Part shown: positions 53,230 to 62,705 of the stretch, one piece after another
How positions within the stretch are numbered: the stretch's first letter is position 1
How the letters are laid out: each line of letters begins with the position of its first letter
Assembly: GCA_030525245.1 (NCBI GenBank)
Contig: JAUNFB010000003.1
Coordinates: forward strand, 8,424-72,423
Direction of reading: 5' to 3'
DNA length: 64,000 bases
From: Erysipelotrichia bacterium
GTDB lineage: Bacteria; Bacillota_I; Bacilli_A; Erysipelotrichales; Erysipelotrichaceae
Position numbers and translations under genes: made by a program
The notes under the pieces: model-generated
The model's database searches: none
Told to the model about the DNA's origin: nothing
The model's input: the letters and a program-made list of their open reading frames with translations, nothing else

Positions 53230-54309
53230 ATGTCAATTATAAAGATGAAAAAGATGACCGTTCAATGTCCCGAGGTCATCGAAAGAATAAAAGATATAAA
53301 GGGAGTCTATACGCAAAAAGGTGTTGAAAACACTGTTTTTTTTGTAGCTAAGTTGCAGAAACAACTGACAGATCTATTGGATAAAGAGAATTGTCAATAT
53401 ACAATAACCGATATAGAAGAAGTTGATCATCCCACAGTTATGTTAAATAATTGTCAGTTCATTCGACCTTTTGGTTCACTTTTAACAAATCATGCTTTAC
53501 CTTTGTACGGTGATTTGGATCCGACAGGCTTTTATGCGATTTGTTTCTGTATTTTGTTCGGAGTAATGTTCGGAGATATCGGGCAAGGATTCATATTAAT
53601 CTTGATCGGTTTAATCTTTCGTAAAAAGGATAATTTTGCGGTGTTCAGCAGAGTAGGTATATTTTCGATGATTTTTGGTTGGCTTTACGGTTCGATATTC
53701 GGCAATGAAGAAATCATCGGCGAATGGATGCAAGAACATAGATTAGCCTATTGGCGTTTCGGTTTGTTGGAAAGAAAGAACACGGAAATATTATTATTGG
53801 TTGTTGCTGCAATCGGAATAGCGATGATTATGGCTGCGGTTGTAATTAATATTATTGATAAGGCTCATCATCATAAACAGAAAGAAATCTTAACCGCTAA
53901 TAATTGTTTACCGGCATTGATGTTTTATATGATGTTATTGCTTTTGAGCGGACAGGTTTTAGGTAAGGCAAAGGGGAAATTCACTTTAGTTTTAGCGTTT
54001 TTATTGGCTTTGGCTAATGCTGCCTTATTGTTGAAACAAGGAAAGTGGAAATATTTAACCGGTTCGATAATAAAATATTTCAGTGCCATCATGGCCTTTT
54101 TGCAAGTTGGCTGTTTTGCTTTGGCGCATGCCTTTTTGATGTATATTGTTTATTATATTGCGGGTCTGATTCCTGATATTTCCGTTATTATAATAATCGC
54201 AGGAAATGCTATTGTGATGGCGATTGAGGCAACAGAGGTATGGCATCAATGCAGTCATTTGATTTTGTCTACTTTACACGGTTTCATTACCGATAAAGAG
54301 GAACACTAA
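53230..54309 (+). CDS. Orphan, half-size V-type ATPase subunit-I/a-like membrane protein
   Basis: IRPFGSLLTNHALPLYGDLDPTGFYAICFCILFGVMFGDIGQGF matches the hallmark subunit-I block. Only 359 aa, and no other V-ATPase genes are nearby. Confidence 0.55.
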   Translation: MSIIKMKKMTVQCPEVIERIKDIKGVYTQKGVENTVFFVAKLQKQLTDLLDKENCQYTITDIEEVDHPTVMLNNCQFIRPFGSLLTNHALPLYGDLDPTGFYAICFCILFGVMFGDIGQGFILILIGLIFRKKDNFAVFSRVGIFSMIFGWLYGSIFGNEEIIGEWMQEHRLAYWRFGLLERKNTEILLLVVAAIGIAMIMAAVVINIIDKAHHHKQKEILTANNCLPALMFYMMLLLLSGQVLGKAKGKFTLVLAFLLALANAALLLKQGKWKYLTGSIIKYFSAIMAFLQVGCFALAHAFLMYIVYYIAGLIPDISVIIIIAGNAIVMAIEATEVWHQCSHLILSTLHGFITDKEEH

Positions 54310-54420
54310 AATACTGTTTTTGCTGAATTATCTATCAAGATTTGCTGAAAATAGTATATAATATAAAAGATAAGAAGTGTGCACAGTTGTGCTTGTGTAT
54401 GAAAAAAGAAAAACAGGAGG

Positions 54421-55323
54421 ATGTTGTTGGACATGTACAAGATAGTTGAAGTTGAACATTTGTCTGAAAAGAACTGGTTGATGAAAATCGAAGCGCCTTT
54501 TATTACACGCAGTTGTCAACCGGGTCAATTTTTAATTGTCAAAACTGGTGAATTGGGAGAAAGAATTCCGTTGACAATTTGTGATTATGACAGAGAAAAA
54601 GGATTGGTAACAATCGTGTTCCAGACAGTAGGAGCATCTACAACTAAAATGAGCGAATTAAAAGCCGGTGATAGTTTTACGGATGTTGTCGGACCATTAG
54701 GTAAACCGTCAGAATTCGTTCATGAAGATTTGGAAGAATTAAAGAAGAAGAGTTATCTGTTTGTTTGCGGCGGTGTCGGAATTGCACCTGTTTATCCGCA
54801 GGTTAAGTGGCTTTCTGAACATGGCGTAAAAGCTGATGTCATTATGGCAGCAAGAAGCAAAGATTTGATTTTCTATGAAAAAGAAATGCGTTCAGTTGCC
54901 GACAATGTTTATATCACTACCGATGACGGTTCATATGGTATGAAAGGTGTCGGTACCGATATGGTTAAACATTTAGTAAATGAAGAAGGCAAGCATTATG
55001 ATCAATGTGTTGCAATCGGACCAATCATTATGATGAAGTTTACTTCTTTATGCACTAAAGAATTAGGTATTCCGACAATCGTATCAATGAATCCGATTAT
55101 GATTGATGGTACAGGTATGTGTGGGGCTTGCCGTTTAATTGTTGACGGTCAGGTTAAGTTTGCTTGTGTTGACGGTCCTGAATTTGATGGACATAAAGTT
55201 GATTACGATTTAGCAATGAAGCGTGCCAGATTGTATAAAGATGAAGAAACAAGAGCAATGTTAAAACTTGAAGAAGGCGAAACTCATCACGGTGGATGCG
55301 GTTTCTGTTCAAGCGAAAAGTAG
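54421..55323 (+). CDS. nfnA: NfnA-type (PyrK-like) FAD/[2Fe-2S] subunit of ferredoxin:NADP oxidoreductase
   Basis: FNR-like fold (RIPLTICD, VCGGVGIAP) and the C-terminal cluster motif GTGMCGACRL..C. The start is ambiguous (54421 to 54433). Confidence 0.8.
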   Translation: MLLDMYKIVEVEHLSEKNWLMKIEAPFITRSCQPGQFLIVKTGELGERIPLTICDYDREKGLVTIVFQTVGASTTKMSELKAGDSFTDVVGPLGKPSEFVHEDLEELKKKSYLFVCGGVGIAPVYPQVKWLSEHGVKADVIMAARSKDLIFYEKEMRSVADNVYITTDDGSYGMKGVGTDMVKHLVNEEGKHYDQCVAIGPIIMMKFTSLCTKELGIPTIVSMNPIMIDGTGMCGACRLIVDGQVKFACVDGPEFDGHKVDYDLAMKRARLYKDEETRAMLKLEEGETHHGGCGFCSSEK

Positions 55324-55334
55324 GAGGCTGTATT

Positions 55335-56717
55335 ATGGATGTAACTAAAAAAGTACCGGTAAGAGAACAAGATCCTAAAGTAAGAGCAACTAATTTTGAA
55401 GAAGTTTGTTTGGGATATAATGAAGAGGAAGCAACTGCTGAAGCAAGCCGTTGTTTAAATTGTCGTAATCCTTTATGTCAAAAGGGTTGTCCAGTATCAA
55501 TTAATATTCCTGCTTTTATTCATGAATTGAAGAGCGGAAATGTTCAGGCTGCTGCAGATATTATTGCTCAGCAATCGGCATTACCGGCTATTTGCGGACG
55601 TGTTTGTCCTCAAGAAACTCAATGTGAAGGTAAATGTATCAGAGGTATCAAAGGAGAATCTGTTTCTATCGGTAAGTTAGAAAGATATGTTGCTGATTGG
55701 TGTAGAGAACATGGTTATCAAGCTGATAAAGCCGGAACTCCTAACGGTAAGAAAGTTGCTGTTATCGGTTCAGGTCCTGCCGGATTAACATGTGCCGGAG
55801 ACTTGGCTAAGATGGGTTATGATGTAACTATCTTTGAAGCATTCCACGAAGCAGGCGGTGTATTGGTATATGGTATCCCTGAATTCCGTTTACCTAAAGA
55901 TACAGTTGTTAAGTCAACAATTGAAAATGTTAAAAAATTAGGTGTTAAATTGGATACAAATGTTATTGTCGGCCGTTCAATCACCATCGATGAATTGTTA
56001 AACGAACAAGGCTTTGATGCCGTATTCATCGGAACAGGTGCCGGATTACCTAAGTTCATGAACATTCCTGGCGAAATCGCTAACGGAGTATTCTCGGCAA
56101 ATGAATTCTTAACCAGAAATAACTTGATGAAAGCATTCAGAGAAGATGCCGATACGCCTATTAAGTGCGGTAAGAAAGTTGTTGTTGTCGGCGGCGGTAA
56201 CGTAGCAATGGATGCTGCCAGAACTGCATTACGTTTGGGTGCCGAAGTACATGTAGTATATCGTCGTGGTGAGGAAGAATTACCTGCTCGTAAAGAAGAG
56301 GTACATCATGCTAAAGAAGAAGGAATTATTTTCGATTTATTACAAAACCCTGTTGAAATCTTAGCAGATGAAAACGACTGGGTTAAGGGTATCAAAGTCA
56401 TTAAGATGGAATTGGGTGAACCTGATGCTTCAGGCAGAAGAAGACCGGTAGAAATTCCTGGTTCAGAATATGTAATTGACTGCGATACAGTTATTATGTC
56501 GTTAGGAACTTCTCCTAACCCATTAATTTCTTCGACAACTGCCGGATTAGAAACCAACAAACATGGTTGTATCATCGCTAAAGAAGAAGACGGTGAAACT
56601 ACTAAGGTCGGTGTATATGCCGGTGGTGATGCCGTTACAGGTGCAGCAACTGTTATCTTGGCAATGGGTGCCGGAAAGGCAGCTGCCAAGGGTATTGACG
56701 AATACTTAAATAAATAA
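55335..56717 (+). CDS. nfnB: NfnB-type (GltD-like) subunit
   Basis: CLNCRNPLCQKGCP, CGRVCPQETQCEGKC, VAVIGSGPAGL and VVVVGGGNVAMD. The ATG at 55335 lies after GGAGG. Confidence 0.85.
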   Translation: MDVTKKVPVREQDPKVRATNFEEVCLGYNEEEATAEASRCLNCRNPLCQKGCPVSINIPAFIHELKSGNVQAAADIIAQQSALPAICGRVCPQETQCEGKCIRGIKGESVSIGKLERYVADWCREHGYQADKAGTPNGKKVAVIGSGPAGLTCAGDLAKMGYDVTIFEAFHEAGGVLVYGIPEFRLPKDTVVKSTIENVKKLGVKLDTNVIVGRSITIDELLNEQGFDAVFIGTGAGLPKFMNIPGEIANGVFSANEFLTRNNLMKAFREDADTPIKCGKKVVVVGGGNVAMDAARTALRLGAEVHVVYRRGEEELPARKEEVHHAKEEGIIFDLLQNPVEILADENDWVKGIKVIKMELGEPDASGRRRPVEIPGSEYVIDCDTVIMSLGTSPNPLISSTTAGLETNKHGCIIAKEEDGETTKVGVYAGGDAVTGAATVILAMGAGKAAAKGIDEYLNK

Positions 56718-56793
56718 TTTGAAAAGGGTATCCGAAGGATATCCTTTTTCAATGTTTGGAAAAATAGTATAATATAGACGGAGGAAATCACAA

Positions 56794-57126
56794 ATGAATG
56801 GTTTGAAAAATATTGATAAAAAAGAAGTGCTGTGTTTAAAAGAACAGGTAGCTTATCAACAAGGACAAGTGGTAAGTAAGACTTTAGCACAAAACGAACA
56901 TTTAAGCATCACTTTATTCTCTTTTGATAAAGGTGAGGAGATAAGTTCACATAAATCAAGCGGTGATGCTTTTGTTACTTGTCTTGATGGTGAAGGGAAA
57001 ATTACTATTGATTCGACAGAATATTTTCTAAAAGAAGGTCAATCGATAGTTATGCCGGCAGGTCATCCTCATGCGGTGTACGGTCAAGAACAGTTTAAAA
57101 TGTTACTTGTGGTTGTATTTGATTAG
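56794..57126 (+). CDS. Cupin-domain protein
   Basis: 110 aa with cupin motifs (SSHKSSGDAFV... MPAGHPHAV). Confidence 0.7.
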   Translation: MNGLKNIDKKEVLCLKEQVAYQQGQVVSKTLAQNEHLSITLFSFDKGEEISSHKSSGDAFVTCLDGEGKITIDSTEYFLKEGQSIVMPAGHPHAVYGQEQFKMLLVVVFD

Positions 57127-57136
57127 TTATAACAGA

Positions 57137-57167
57137 AGACAGGCATCACTGATGTCTGTTTTATTTT
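57137..57167 (+). terminator. Intrinsic terminator
   Basis: ACAGGCATC-act-GATGTCTGT followed by TTTATTTT. Confidence 0.6.
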
Positions 57168-57440
57168 GAATCGCATATGGCTCAAATTTGAATGTCAGAT
57201 AAAAGAACCGTGGGATATAAAGTCGGAAATTTCCGGGGAAATAAAAGAATGCATCATTTTTATATTATCAAGGATGCATTGTTAATTTTGAGCATAAATA
57301 TTTAGAGGATGCATATAAAGTAGGCGTTTAGTTGAATGAAAGAGGATATAATTAAATTTCATTGTATCAATTTATGCGTATAAGACTGATAGAAAGTAAG
57401 CCGAATATATGGTAAAATAATATAAAATGGAGGTTTGTAT

Positions 57441-59783
57441 ATGGCAAGCTTTTTAAGTAATTTATTTAATTCCAACAAGAAAGATATAAATATGCTGCAA
57501 AAGAAAATTGCTCCTATTGAAGCATTGAGCGAACAGATGGCAGCATTAACAGATGAACAATTACAAGCAAAGACACCTTACTTGAAAGAAAGATTAGCAA
57601 ATGGGGAAACTTTGGATGATATTATGCCGGAGGCTTTTGCGGTTGTCAGGGAAGCGGCAAAAAGAGTTATCGGTGAATATGCTTATCCGGTGCAATTAAT
57701 GGGAGCAGTAGTTCTGCACCAAGGAGATATCGCGGAAATGAAAACCGGTGAAGGTAAAACCTTGACCAGTATATTTCCGGTTTATTTGAATGCTTTAGCC
57801 GGTAAAGGGGTACATGTTATCACTGTCAACGATTATTTGGCAGAAAGAGATTCGCAATGGATGGGTAAAATTCACCGTTTTTTAGGTTTAAGCGTTGGAC
57901 TGAATCGTCACGGTTTAAATGCTCAACAGAAAAGAGCGGCTTATCAATGTGATATTACTTATACAACCAACAGTGAAGCCGGTTTTGATTATTTGCGAGA
58001 TAACATGGTCACCAATGTCAATGAGCGTGTTTTAAGAGGTTTGAATTTTGCTTTGGTGGATGAAGTCGACTCTATTTTAATTGATGAAAGCCGAACACCG
58101 CTAATTATTTCCGGCGGAAAAAAAGATACCGCTAATTTGTATATTAAGGCCGACAAATTTGTCAAAAAGTTGCATGAGGAAGAAGATTACACGATTGATG
58201 TGCAGTCTAAATCGATTATGTTGACCGAGGAAGGAATAAGCCGTGCCGAACAATATTTCGGTGTGGAAAACTTATATCAACCGGAATATACCAGTTTGGT
58301 TCATCATATTAATAATGCTTTAAAGGCCAATTATATTATGTCTAATGAAGTTGAATATATTGTCCGCGACAGACAGGTTTTGATTGTGGATGAATTTACC
58401 GGTCGTGTATTGGAAGGTCGGGCTTTTTCCGATGGATTGCATCAAGCAATTGAGGCTAAAGAGAATGTTCCGATTAAACAAGAGACATCAACATTAGCGA
58501 CAATTACATATCAGAATTTTTTCCGCCTTTATAGTAAACTTGCCGGTATGACCGGTACAGCTAAGACTGAAGAAGAAGAATTTATTGCTATATATAATAT
58601 GCGGGTTTATGAAATTCCGACAAATAGACCAATTATCAGAATCGATTATCCCGACGCAATATACGGAACAAAAAAAGCCAAATATGAAGCTTTAACTCGG
58701 GAAGTTATGGAAAGGCATGCTAACGGTCAACCGGTACTTGTCGGAACCATTTCTGTCGATGTTTCGGAGTTTTTAAGCAAAATGTTCTCGCAAAGAAAAA
58801 TTAAACATGAAGTTTTAAATGCTAAAAACCATAAGCGGGAAGCCGAAATAATTTCTAAGGCCGGATTAAAAGGCGCTGTAACGATTGCGACTAATATGGC
58901 GGGACGTGGTACGGATATTAAATTGGGTCCCGGAGTTAAAGAATTGGGTGGTTTGGCTGTTTTAGGCAGTGAAAGACATGAATCTCGTCGTATCGATAAC
59001 CAATTGCGCGGTCGTTCCGGTCGACAAGGAGATCCGGGATGTTCAAAATTCTTCGTGTCTTTACAAGATGAACTGATGGTTCGTTTCGGTAGTGACAGAA
59101 TCAGCGGCATGTTCAATCAATTAGGGGATATGCCTATTGAATCGAAAATGGTCAGCAAATCTATTGAATCGGCTCAGAAACGTGTTGAAGGCACTAACTT
59201 TGATATTCGTAAAACACTATTGGAATATGATGATGTATTAAGACAGCAGAGAGAAACAATTTATAAGCAACGTGATGAAGTGTTGGAAAATAACGATGTT
59301 CATCCGGTAGTGGAATCAATGTTTGAAAGAGTGGCTCAGGATTTAGTGCAATCATATTTCGATCACAAGAGTAAAACAGTTGATAAAAACGGATTGATCA
59401 ATGCATTGGTAAAGATGAATGTTCATCAAAAAAATGCCGAACAATGCTTGGAAAATGTTGAAAGCCGTTCGGACATCGAAAAGTCTGTTTTCGATTGTAT
59501 GTGGAATGAATATGAAGAAAAAATCAGTGATATCAAGAGAGAAATGATCAAATTGGAAAAAGTAATGGTTTTGAAAATTATTGATGCCAAGTGGATTGAA
59601 CATATCGATATGATGAGCAAGTTGCGTGATGGTATTCATCTGCGCTCATATGCTCAGGATAATCCGCTAAAGGCTTATACTTCGGAAGGTTATGAAATGT
59701 TTGAGACAATGATGAATAATATTTCTACGGAAGTTGTTAATTTCTGTATGCGTTGTCGTATTGAAGTAAAAAGGAGTGTGTAA
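57441..59783 (+). CDS. secA: Preprotein translocase ATPase SecA
   Basis: MKTGEGKTL Walker A, LVDEVDSILIDE, TNMAGRGTDI and GRSGRQGDPG. The ATG at 57441 lies 7 nt after GGAGG. Confidence 0.95.
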   Translation: MASFLSNLFNSNKKDINMLQKKIAPIEALSEQMAALTDEQLQAKTPYLKERLANGETLDDIMPEAFAVVREAAKRVIGEYAYPVQLMGAVVLHQGDIAEMKTGEGKTLTSIFPVYLNALAGKGVHVITVNDYLAERDSQWMGKIHRFLGLSVGLNRHGLNAQQKRAAYQCDITYTTNSEAGFDYLRDNMVTNVNERVLRGLNFALVDEVDSILIDESRTPLIISGGKKDTANLYIKADKFVKKLHEEEDYTIDVQSKSIMLTEEGISRAEQYFGVENLYQPEYTSLVHHINNALKANYIMSNEVEYIVRDRQVLIVDEFTGRVLEGRAFSDGLHQAIEAKENVPIKQETSTLATITYQNFFRLYSKLAGMTGTAKTEEEEFIAIYNMRVYEIPTNRPIIRIDYPDAIYGTKKAKYEALTREVMERHANGQPVLVGTISVDVSEFLSKMFSQRKIKHEVLNAKNHKREAEIISKAGLKGAVTIATNMAGRGTDIKLGPGVKELGGLAVLGSERHESRRIDNQLRGRSGRQGDPGCSKFFVSLQDELMVRFGSDRISGMFNQLGDMPIESKMVSKSIESAQKRVEGTNFDIRKTLLEYDDVLRQQRETIYKQRDEVLENNDVHPVVESMFERVAQDLVQSYFDHKSKTVDKNGLINALVKMNVHQKNAEQCLENVESRSDIEKSVFDCMWNEYEEKISDIKREMIKLEKVMVLKIIDAKWIEHIDMMSKLRDGIHLRSYAQDNPLKAYTSEGYEMFETMMNNISTEVVNFCMRCRIEVKRSV

Positions 59784-59785
59784 TA

Positions 59786-60887
59786 ATGGAACTGTATGAA
59801 ATTCGTCAGGGAATAAATGAATATAATTTAAAATTTCAAAAGATAAAGGAGTCTCTTTGACACCACAGGGAAACAAAAACGAATTGATGAAATTGATCAG
59901 ATGATGTTATCCGATGATTTCTGGTCGGATCGTCATAAAGCACAAAATTTAATAAATGAAGCTAATGCTTTAAAAGAAATTTTGGCTACTCTCAGTAAAT
60001 TGACCGATCAATTTGAACAACTTCAACAGTTGGCTGACAGTTTAAAAGATGATTATGATTCGGAAATGCATCAATTGTTGGAACAGGAATATACCGACAC
60101 GATAAAGGAATACGAGGATTTCGAGATAAGAATCTTATTGTCGCATCCGTATGATCGTAACAATGCCATAATAGAATTGCATCCGGGTGCCGGTGGAACA
60201 GAAAGCCAGGATTGGGCATTAATGTTATATAGAATGTATATGCGTTATTGTGCCTTAAAAGGTTTTAAAACAACGGTTTTGGACATGTTAGATGGTGAAG
60301 AGGCAGGAATAAAATCTTGTAGTATTTTAGTTCAAGGTCCTCTTGCTTACGGATATTTAAAAGGTGAAAAAGGGGTACACAGATTAGTTAGAATTTCGCC
60401 TTTTGATTCCGGCGGAAGAAGACATACTTCCTTTGCTTCTGTGGATGTGATGCCGGAATTTAATGATGACATCAATATTGAAATTAAACCGGAAGATATT
60501 GAAATCGAAACCCACAGAGCCTCTGGTGCCGGCGGACAGCATATTAACAAAACGGATTCCGCTGTCCGAATCATTCATAAGCCGACAGGAATTATTACCA
60601 CTTGTCAATCCGAAAGAAGTCAGATACAAAATAAAGAAAGAGCATTAAACATGTTAAAGAGCAAATTGTATCAAAAATATTTGGAGGAGCAAGAAGAGAA
60701 ATTAAGAAAAATCAAAGGTGAACAGAAGGCTATCGAATGGGGCTCGCAGATTCGCAGCTATATCTTTTGTCCGTATACTTTAGTAAAGGATCATCGAACA
60801 AATTATGAAGAGAATAACATTGAAAAGGTAATGAACGGTGAAATTGATGAATTTATATATGCTTATCTGAAAGCTCAGATTGAATAG
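59786..60887 (+). CDS. prfB: Peptide chain release factor 2, made by a programmed +1 frameshift (join 59786..59857, 59859..60887)
   Basis: Frame 1 reads MELYEIRQGINEYNLKFQKIKESL and then CTT TGA C. The downstream frame carries SPF (RISPFDS) and GGQ (GAGGQHINK). Confidence 0.9.
59846..59861 (+). promoter_or_regulatory. prfB +1 frameshift site
   Basis: An internal Shine-Dalgarno-like AGGAG, 3 nt, then the slippery CTT TGA C (59855-59861). Confidence 0.85.
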
Positions 60888-60927
60888 TCGAAAGCTATTG
60901 ACTATAATTAAAGAAGGAGAATAGGTT

Positions 60928-61539
60928 ATGAGTGAAAAAATTAACAGCAATGATGATTTACAAGACATTTTGAACGATATTGATGAATTAAATGAGGAAA
61001 AAGAACCGGAAGTACCTTTGTTTCAGAATATGAAAATAGAGAAACCGTTCAGTGAAACTACAAATGTGGTAAGCACACCGGTGACAACAGTTAAAAAAGT
61101 TCAGCCAAAATCAAATATGAACAGTGAATATACCGTTATCGGCAATACTACAGTAATTCAATCTAATGTTACTTGCGGCGGTTCTATCAAAATTAACGGA
61201 CAAATAAAAGGAAAGTTGGTTGTCAACGGTTCTGCGGATATCTATGGCAGTGTTGACGGTGATATCGAAGCCGGCGAGGTAATTGTAGAAAACGGTGCTA
61301 AAGTCAACGGTAATATTTTCTGTAAGAGTGAATTGAATGTCGGAACAGGCAGTAATATAGTCGGTAATATAAGTGCTAAAAATGCTTATATCAATTCGAA
61401 TGTATGTGGAAATTTAGAAATTACATCTGAATTGAAACTTACTTCCACAGCTACAGTTAACGGAGACATTGTAGCCGGAAATATTTCGGTAGCATCAGGT
61501 GCGTTACTAAATGGTAGAATCAATATAAAACGTCAATAG
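60928..61539 (+). CDS. Bactofilin-family protein with an acidic N-terminal extension
   Basis: A beta-helical repeat text (G.I.G.L.V.GSADIYGSVDGDIEAGEVIVENGAKVNGNI..) typical of DUF583/bactofilin. Confidence 0.8.
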   Translation: MSEKINSNDDLQDILNDIDELNEEKEPEVPLFQNMKIEKPFSETTNVVSTPVTTVKKVQPKSNMNSEYTVIGNTTVIQSNVTCGGSIKINGQIKGKLVVNGSADIYGSVDGDIEAGEVIVENGAKVNGNIFCKSELNVGTGSNIVGNISAKNAYINSNVCGNLEITSELKLTSTATVNGDIVAGNISVASGALLNGRINIKRQ

Positions 61540-61550
61540 GGAGAAAAAAT

Positions 61551-62030
61551 ATGGCAGATAAATTATTTACAACTGAATTTAATGATGATAATTTAGCGAA
61601 TAACGATATGACGATTATCGGTACCTCAACAATTATTGAAGCTACCGGAGAGAATGCGATTAACTGTGGCGGTGATATTGAAATACGCGGTAAGGTTAAA
61701 GGAACAATAACAATAAGCGGTAATGCCGATGTATACGGTTCTGTTGAAGGGAATATAAATACCAATCAATTAAATTTACAGAGCGGTTCACAAATAAAAG
61801 GCGATATTAATTGTCAGAATAATTTGAAAGTTGAAGAAGGCAGTACGGTTGAAGGCAATGTCAAAGCAAAAAGTGCATATATTAATTCAGCAATTACCGG
61901 TAATATCGAGACTGTCAGTGATGTTAAAATTGACAGTAGTTCAATCATCAGCGGTGATATCACGACATCTTCCATCAATGTGGAAAGCGGCGCTGTAATC
62001 AACGGACAATTAGCAATAAAACGTCAATAA
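61551..62030 (+). CDS. Bactofilin-family protein
   Basis: Same repeat pattern. Both proteins end in ..NG(R/Q)..IKRQ. Confidence 0.8.
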   Translation: MADKLFTTEFNDDNLANNDMTIIGTSTIIEATGENAINCGGDIEIRGKVKGTITISGNADVYGSVEGNINTNQLNLQSGSQIKGDINCQNNLKVEEGSTVEGNVKAKSAYINSAITGNIETVSDVKIDSSSIISGDITTSSINVESGAVINGQLAIKRQ

Positions 62031-62087
62031 TTAATGCACAGAATCTGTCAAGTTATTGACAAACCGACAAATTTTAACACAAACAGA

Positions 62088-62135
62088 AGCATCACAGGAA
62101 AGTCAGAATGAACTGAAATCCTATGATGCTTTTTT
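62088..62135 (+). terminator. Probable terminator of the prfB-bactofilin unit
   Basis: AGCATCACAGGA..(19-nt loop)..TCCTATGATGCT followed by TTTTT. Confidence 0.5.
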
Positions 62136-62705
62136 AAAGTCCTTTAAAAAGAAATGTATTCTATTATAGATATGAGAAAGACAGATAAAATAGAATGGAG
62201 ACAATGGCCTACAACATATCTGTGTTAAATTAATATCAACAAACCAAACCAATAACATTGTTGTCGATATTAAGGTTAAATCTTATCAATTTTGTAGTTC
62301 TTCGACACATCACATTTCTAACCTCACTTTCGACAATTAAACATTATATTGTAGATAAATAATATGTGAATTTCAGAAAAATTATAAGATTTTATTCTGC
62401 TCCTGCCAACGATCGGAGAGAATGATGAGGTTATTTGGTGAACCGGATACATTGTTTATGAAATCACACTTTTTTTGTTTTTTCACTTTTTTATCACATA
62501 TTTGGCACATGTTCATAAAGTGCTTGAATATTCAAGAAAAATATGTTAATAATTAGGTACCGGATATTAGTTTATATTTAAAATTGAAAAGTTTATATAC
62601 AAAAGAATAGGGAGGGAAGTTGCCTATGAGGGTGTGAAGAGTATAATAAATCAGCAACTGCATTTTAATGCTCAAGTGTAATTGTCTAAAAAAGAAAGGA
62701 GAAAT

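Noticed and set aside
56306-56890. A 194-aa ORF on the minus strand, one of the longest unannotated ORFs in the track.
   Set aside because: It is antisense to the 3' end of the well-supported nfnB gene and runs on through the intergenic region into the cupin gene. Its low-complexity text (PAPIAKITVAAPVTASPPAY) is what the reverse complement of Gly/Ala-rich dinucleotide-binding motifs looks like. It is a shadow ORF.
62422-62556. A 44-codon ORF (MMRLFGEPDTLFMKSHFFCFFTFLSHIWHMFIKCLNIQEKYVNN) in the long intergenic gap, possibly a small hydrophobic toxin.
   Set aside because: The GGAGAG lies only 1-2 nt from the ATG, the hydrophobic stretch derives from T-runs in AT-rich DNA, and no antisense-RNA features are evident. 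It is most likely a chance ORF.
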